Source: Candidatus Kuenenia stuttgartensis (GTDB lineage Bacteria > Planctomycetota > Brocadiia > Brocadiales > Brocadiaceae). Taken from it: DNA of 32,000 bases. The stretch spans positions 4,140,001 to 4,172,000 of the forward strand of contig NZ_LT934425.1 of the NCBI RefSeq assembly GCF_900232105.1, read 5' to 3'. A program made the position numbers and the translations under genes. The notes under the pieces were generated by a model. That model ran no database searches. It was not told the origin of the DNA and worked only from the letters and a program-made list of their open reading frames with translations. This document shows positions 27,080-32,000 of the stretch, one piece after another (the first letter of the stretch is position 1; each line of letters opens with the position of its first letter).

Positions 27080-27490
27080 TATGCCACCTCTCTTTCACTA
27101 AATTTAAAAGGTATTCATAGTGAATACCTGTGGAAGTATATCACGAATTAACTATTATGTAAGGCAAATAATTTGCATATGCAAACTATTTGCGGCTGAT
27201 TTAACGTTTCTTCTTCTTGTTCCTACGCTCCTGCGTGGGCATGCGTGGAAAAGGAACAAACCCACCCTTACCCCTCCCAAGAGGGGAATTTGATGTAGAG
27301 ACGCACGGCCGTGCATCTCTATGTGGGAGATTGAGGTGTGGATTAAAATGAATGCCATGGTTTTATTCTTTTTTCCATGTGAAGCCGGGGCTTCTCAAAC
27401 AATTGCGTTTCCAAGCCGGAGCTTGGGAACGAGTGTATAAATGTTTTATCTCGTGCTTGTTTTGTTCCGGCTATGAAGGGATGGCTGGTG

Positions 27491-28228
27491 TTATTTTTTA
27501 CCTGCTGCTGCCAAATATATTACAAATTCCTCATCGCCATCGAGAGAGAGTAAATCGTTTATATTATCATCAGAAAACGCCGCAATTGCGCATACCCCGC
27601 AATCAATGGATTCTGCGCTTAAATACAAATTCTGGCAGACGTGTCCTGCATCCAGATGCATATACCTGTATCCGCGTTCTCCATATCGCCATTTCATACG
27701 GTAAGCTACCGCAGACCAAATGAAAACAACATCGCATAGTTTTATTATATTCTGCCCCAAACACGCTTCTGTAATTTTATCAGCAATATCCGGTTGTAAA
27801 TTTACTTCCATCAGCTTATGTTTAGATGCAAGAAATCTGTATGCGCCTGGCAACAAGCCCGTTATGTTATTTACCAATAAATATGTTTCCAAAGAATGCC
27901 GTGCCCCCGCTGACGGCACGTTTCGATACGTTGCAGTCCCGGGTATCACTTCTTTTACCCCCTGAGTACACCACAGCAGGTAAGATAATTCTTCAAGGGT
28001 TAATGGTTTTTTAGAATAATTACGTATACTCGTTCTTGATTCTATCACTCTTCGCACATCAGCATTTTTTACAACAATATCCTCCGGTTTCGGTAAATCA
28101 ATAATCGGTTTTGACCGGTCATAAGGAAGCTCCAAAGGTGGCTGCTGTATCCCTTTCATCTGATCCGATGCCGCTAAATATTGATATTTCGTCATGTGCA
28201 TAAACTCTTTTCCAATTCCGTTTGACAT
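27491..28228 (-). CDS. SagB/ThcOx-type nitroreductase-fold dehydrogenase (stand-alone)
   Basis: RTSIRNYSKKPLTLEELSYLLW...YRNVPSAGARHSLETYLLV...GAYRF...YMHLDAGHVCQNLYL fits the SagB-type dehydrogenase domain. ATG at 28228 has AAGGAG 7 nt upstream. The longer tracked ORF (to 28399) runs through a palindromic repeat. Confidence 0.8.
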   Translation of the reverse strand: MSNGIGKEFMHMTKYQYLAASDQMKGIQQPPLELPYDRSKPIIDLPKPEDIVVKNADVRRVIESRTSIRNYSKKPLTLEELSYLLWCTQGVKEVIPGTATYRNVPSAGARHSLETYLLVNNITGLLPGAYRFLASKHKLMEVNLQPDIADKITEACLGQNIIKLCDVVFIWSAVAYRMKWRYGERGYRYMHLDAGHVCQNLYLSAESIDCGVCAIAAFSDDNINDLLSLDGDEEFVIYLAAAGKK

Positions 28229-28275
28229 AATCACACTCCTTTTTTGGCAACAATTTATTTTTTTAGAAAAAGCAT

Positions 28276-28386
28276 GGGGCGAAGCATTTGCCTGCGTACA
28301 GTATACTCGTTCAGTGGAACGGTGCCGGCGCATATACAGACAACGTTTTACGTCTTTGTTCCCTGTGCAGGCAAATGCTTCGCCCC
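28276..28386. repeat. Long-stem palindromic element, GGGGCGAAGCATTTG family (copy 2)
   Basis: 20-bp perfect arms GGGGCGAAGCATTTGCCTGC (28276-28295) and GCAGGCAAATGCTTCGCCCC (28367-28386) with a 71-nt loop. It has the same AAAAAGCA and TACAAT flanks as copy 1. It lies 48 nt upstream of the SagB-like start codon. Confidence 0.8.
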
Positions 28387-29475
28387 TACAATCTATCATT
28401 TTGTGAATAAAAAGCTATAGCTTTATGCAGTGAAAAACATGTACAATTTGCTTCCACTGTATTTGATGTATAGGAATTTCAATATTTTTAGTTAAGCAAT
28501 GCATAAACCCACCCCCTGCCCCTCCCAGGAGGGGAATTTGATAAGTCCCCTCCTGGGAGGGGATTGAGGGCATAAGCGCTAACTTGTTTTAGGTATGCTC
28601 GAAGTATTTTGATATCTGTGTTTTTCGGATTCTTGTATTTTCTGCTAAAGAACAAGCAATGTCATTCCAGCACTTAAGAACTTCCTGTAATGATAACGCT
28701 GGTTCTATAGCCCGTTTTACTTGATTAAGCATAAAAGCAAATTCACGCCATTTGCTTTTAGTCTTCTTGCTTGACAATGAAGTATCCCCAGGGGGAAAAA
28801 GACGTAGCAAAATCTATTAGTTTTTCTGTCAAAAGAGCAACGAATAGTTTGCCATAAAGCCAAGCTTTTGAGCTATCATCATCGTATTTAGGTAAGTGTC
28901 CAAATTGTGCTATTTGTTTAAATCTTTTAAAGACCAGTTCAATTTGCCATCGAACTCGATACCATTCTAAGATATCAAAAGCGGTAAATTGATTTTCAGG
29001 AAACGTTGTGAATACTATTACGTACTTGGCATAAATAAGGGTCTCCGGTTTTAGTTCAATGCCCTTTTTGCTTGCATGTCTTTTAAGTTTTTTATGAGCT
29101 ATTTTAATGGCTTCTTCTGTTTTGCGTATTATACAAAGACGACCTTTGACATATTCAGTATTATCAACGTTTGGAATAAAAACGTTCCATGATTTTATAG
29201 CAAGGGGTCTTTTTAAATATTGGATTTCTTTCAATAAAGGAAAGGGTTTCTTTTCTTCGCCGAATATCCGTAGAGATTGCGAATTAACTCTAACGCTAAG
29301 ATAAGCGCCTTTCCTTGTTGCATGATGAATTCCTTGGCCAGTACAGTAACCTCTGTCAGCTATAATATAATCATCTTTTTTCATCGGAAACTGCCGAAAA
29401 GATTCTCCTGTGCCTTCTCCTTCAGTTCCCGTAAGTTTAAAGAAATCGCAAGATAATGAAGGAACCTCAATACTA

Positions 29476-30602
29476 TAGTAAAAAGCATTTATTTTTATAA
29501 AAATCTGTTTTTTTCTTGCATTTGAATTGTTTCTAGAGTATTAAATTCTGCATGAATCCATTTCTCAGTGAAAAAACCCGAATAGAATTTAAAAAAGCAC
29601 ATAAGAAAGAGCCTCATAGACGTCATGCCGACCGAATCAAAGCTATACTTCTTCTTGATTCAGGATGGAGTTATGAAAAAGTAGCAGAGGCGCTCTTGTT
29701 AGACGATCAAACAATCAGGAATTACGAAAAACTATACAAAGATAAAGGTTTTGACGGGCTTTTATCTGACAATTATATTGGCTGTGTGCCAAAACTCACC
29801 TGCGAACAAGAAGAACAATTAAAAGATCATATCAGGAAAAACAACTATAGTGCGGCAAAAGAAATTGTTGAATATGTAAAACAGACATTCAATAAAATCT
29901 ATACACCCGAAGGAATGGTACATACCCTCGATAGATTAGGCTTTACTTACAAGAAAACTACAATAGTTCCAGGCAAAGCAAACCCTGAAAAACAAAAAGA
30001 ATTTATCGAAAACTACAAACAACTCAAAGAAGAGAAAGCCCCTGGAGATAAGATACTTTTTATGGATGGAGTTCATCCACAGCACAATTCTACGTCTGCA
30101 TATTGCTGGATAGAGAAAGGCAAAAAGAAGGAAATACCCTCTAATACCGGCAGGAAAAGAATAAATTTAAACGGGGCTATTGACATAGAAACCTTTGAAG
30201 TAACAATCCGGGAAGATGAAAGCATCAATGCTCAATCAACAATAAAGCTTTTCCATGAAATAGAGTCAAGGTATGCTCAAGCCGGTACTATTTACATAAT
30301 CTCTGATAATGCTAAATATTACAGGTCTAAGTTGGTCAAAGAATACCTTGCAAATTCGAGAATAAAGATCAAATTTCTCCCTTCCTATTCGCCCAATTTA
30401 AATCTCATTGAAAGATTATGGAAATTCTTTCGCAAAAAAATATTGTATAACAAGTATTATGATACTTATGAGAAGTTTAAAAACAAATGTTTAAGTTTTT
30501 TCAAAAATATTAACGAGTATACAGATGAATTGTCTACTCTTTTAACTGAAAATTTTCAAATTATTGGCGAGCAAATTTCGAAAATCTGATTTGTTTGACT
30601 AT
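29476..30602 (+). mobile_element. IS630-family insertion sequence (1127 bp, boundary +/-2 bp)
   Basis: The uninterrupted copies read CAATACTATAATGAATG. Here the junctions are CAATACTA|TAGTAAAAAGC and GTTTGACTA|TAATGAATG. This fits a TA target duplication with terminal IRs TAGTAAAAAG / TAGTCAAACA, the IS630/Tc1 hallmark. Confidence 0.85.
29552..30589 (+). CDS. IS630-family DDE transposase (intact)
   Basis: 345 aa. It has N-terminal paired HTHs, then ILFMDGVHPQH, IYIISDNAKYY and the SYSPNLNLIERLW motif (DD35E type). The promoter-like TTGCAT-17-TATTAA (29516-29544) ends 7 nt before the ATG and there is no SD, so the mRNA may be leaderless. Confidence 0.9.
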   Translation: MNPFLSEKTRIEFKKAHKKEPHRRHADRIKAILLLDSGWSYEKVAEALLLDDQTIRNYEKLYKDKGFDGLLSDNYIGCVPKLTCEQEEQLKDHIRKNNYSAAKEIVEYVKQTFNKIYTPEGMVHTLDRLGFTYKKTTIVPGKANPEKQKEFIENYKQLKEEKAPGDKILFMDGVHPQHNSTSAYCWIEKGKKKEIPSNTGRKRINLNGAIDIETFEVTIREDESINAQSTIKLFHEIESRYAQAGTIYIISDNAKYYRSKLVKEYLANSRIKIKFLPSYSPNLNLIERLWKFFRKKILYNKYYDTYEKFKNKCLSFFKNINEYTDELSTLLTENFQIIGEQISKI

Positions 30603-31247
30603 ATAATGAATGCGCCAAAGACTTCCTGTTTTCCCAGGTTCCTTTACTGTTGTTGCATCAAATAAGCGAAGATGAAAATTATTCCGTTTATTAATTTGGA
30701 GGCCACGCTCACGGAATAAAGATAAACATAATTTATATAGCCATTCTTTGCTCTTTTTTAATCGCTTTAATAAGGCAACATCGGATAAATCTGCTAAGTT
30801 AGCACGCTTGGCTCGAACTACTGTTTCACGCAATGAATAGCCACATCCTAAATGAATTAATAATGTTCGAAGAAGCTTTTCTTCAGATTTATCCTTGCGC
30901 AAGCCTTTTAAAGCATTTGTATCAACGGCTAAACTTTTCCAATCGTTTGGGAAGAAAGTTCTTAGAAGATCCCAATCTTCTCTCATCATGGCTTTATCCT
31001 CCTATAGAGTGATTAGCGGGATAATTAATATAAAAATACCATGATGAATAAAATTTGTCAATAAAACAAGTTAGCGCTTATGGGGCACCGCCCCCGCAGC
31101 TCCTTATGAAGCAAATTATGTAATCGATCATTTTCTGAAAATTCTATGCTTTACCATCGTGCGTATCACCAATGAATTGCTGCCTTTCATCGGTGTTCAG
31201 GCAATTTGCAATGGTAATGAAAAGAATACACCGAAGTAAAATAATTT

Positions 31248-32000
31248 ATGGAAAACATACAAATAAATATTAACCATTTGTGGGTGATTATGGCGGCCTG
31301 CATGGTATTCCTGATGCAGTTGGGTTTTACCTCTTACGAAACCGGATTTTCCCAGTCCAAAAATGCCATCAGTATTGCATTGAGAAATCTCGTAGATACC
31401 CTTATCTCATCACTCGTTTTTTTCAGTGTGGGCTTTGGGTTCATGTTTGGCAAAAGCTACATGGGATTGATCGGAATAGATCTTTTCTTCGCAAATGATT
31501 TGGCATTGCATCCCAATACGTTATCGTATTCATTCTTTTTTTTCCAAATGGTCTTTGCATCCACAGCCGCCACAATATTAACAGGCGCCATAGCAGAACG
31601 CTCCGGTTTTATTCCCAATATAGCAGGTACCGCATTTATTGTTGCCATTATCTATCCAATCTTCGGGCACTGGGCATGGGGCAATCTCTTTTCCCCCGAT
31701 CAAACCGGCTGGTTAAAAGAATTGGGTTTTATTGATTTTGCAGGTGCAACGGTAGTACATTCCATCGGCGGCTGGTTTGCCATGGCGGCGGCTATAATGG
31801 TAGGGCCAAGAATAGACAAATACAATCCTGACGGATCTTCTAACCGGATTGGGTTACATAATGTACCACTAGCCACATTAGGCACTTTTTTTCTGTGGTT
31901 TGGTTGGTTTGGTTTTAACGGCGGAAGTCTTTTGAGAGTGAGCGCAAATATCGGATTGGTAATCCTGAATACGAACATGGCCGCCGCCTCTGCCGGGGTT
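31248..32000 (+). CDS. amt: Ammonium transporter Amt (N-terminal 251 codons; continues beyond window)
   Basis: Read in frame from ATG 31248: MENIQININHLWVIMAACMVFLMQLGF...FFQMVFASTAATILTGAIAERS...IDFAGATVVHSIGGW...LGTFFLWFGWFGFNGGS. These are the canonical Amt/MEP signatures. It is missing from the ORF track because it has no stop in the window. Confidence 0.9.
   Translation, partial: MENIQININHLWVIMAACMVFLMQLGFTSYETGFSQSKNAISIALRNLVDTLISSLVFFSVGFGFMFGKSYMGLIGIDLFFANDLALHPNTLSYSFFFFQMVFASTAATILTGAIAERSGFIPNIAGTAFIVAIIYPIFGHWAWGNLFSPDQTGWLKELGFIDFAGATVVHSIGGWFAMAAAIMVGPRIDKYNPDGSSNRIGLHNVPLATLGTFFLWFGWFGFNGGSLLRVSANIGLVILNTNMAAASAGV

Larger units (their letters stand above)
28758..30989 (-). 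pseudogene. IS4-superfamily transposase split by IS630 insertion
   Basis: The 5' part (30989-30605) reads MMREDWDLL...GSLWRIHY and then runs into IS630 sequence. The 3' part (29475-28758) resumes with the EVPSLSCDFFKLTG... region through ...WGYFIVKQED*. Confidence 0.9.
28571..31082 (-). mobile_element. IS4-superfamily insertion sequence, copy 3, disrupted by an IS630-family insertion
   Basis: The same 21-bp IRs lie at 28571-28591 and 31062-31082. It is collinear with copy 2 except for 1127 bp inserted at 29476-30602. The flanks (..GGATTGAGGG / GGGCACCGCCC..) show no 11-bp duplication. Confidence 0.9.

Noticed and set aside
28229-28399. N-terminal 57-codon extension of the SagB-like ORF.
   Set aside because: It translates the 20-bp-arm palindrome (giving GEAFA / ANASP peptides). 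An ATG with an AAGGAG SD is present at 28228.
1-31082. Composite transposon formed by IS4-like copies 1 and 3.
   Set aside because: The enclosed DNA contains core genes (lpxD, lpxI, tRNA modification). No outer TSD can be checked because copy 1 leaves the window. It is retained only as a recombination substrate in the findings.
31083-31247. Possible sigma-54 promoter (GGCAATTTGCA) upstream of amt.
   Set aside because: The GG-to-GC spacing is about 7 nt instead of the 10-11 nt required for a -24/-12 promoter.

Overview
This 32-kb window is dominated by insertion sequences. It looks AT-rich (about 35-40% GC by eye in host genes). Everything below comes from reading the sequence and ORF track; no search or computation was possible.

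The left third is ordinary chromosome. It holds a CPBP intramembrane protease, lpxD-lpxI (lipid A), a DTW-domain tRNA-modification protein, and a minus-strand ybhGFSR-like efflux operon. That operon has a HlyD-type adaptor, two separate ABC ATPases and two ABC-2 permeases.

From about 11.6 kb onward the window is an accessory region or IS graveyard. It starts with decayed toxin-antitoxin and restriction-modification remnants, then carries nine mobile-element copies of seven kinds, several inserted into one another.

The nesting can be read at base-pair resolution:
- An IS66-family element (8-bp TSD ACAAAAAG) sits inside the transposase gene of an unclassified DDE element.
- A 3.8-kb Mu/Tn402-like four-gene transposon (25-bp imperfect TG...CA ends, 5-bp TSD CCAGG) sits inside the IS66 transposase gene.
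- An IS4-superfamily IS (21-bp perfect IRs, 11-bp TSD) sits in the terminal 10 bp of that transposon.
- Another copy of the same IS is itself split by an IS630-family element at a TA.

My best candidate for an undescribed system is the four-gene transposon. It encodes a Zn-ribbon protein, an rve/Mu-type transposase (now a pseudogene), an ExeA/TniB-like AAA+ ATPase and a primase-type Zn-finger mini-protein. It has no TniQ, TnsA or resolvase. It also carries an SD-sequestering hairpin and a putative antisense RNA.

Intergenic DNA across the window is packed with about ten families of short hairpin-forming repeats arranged as mosaics. One mosaic sits between two cistrons of the ABC operon. The window ends inside an Amt ammonium transporter gene.

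The LPS genes, amt and the repeat vocabulary are reminiscent of anammox-type Planctomycetota. That is only a guess.
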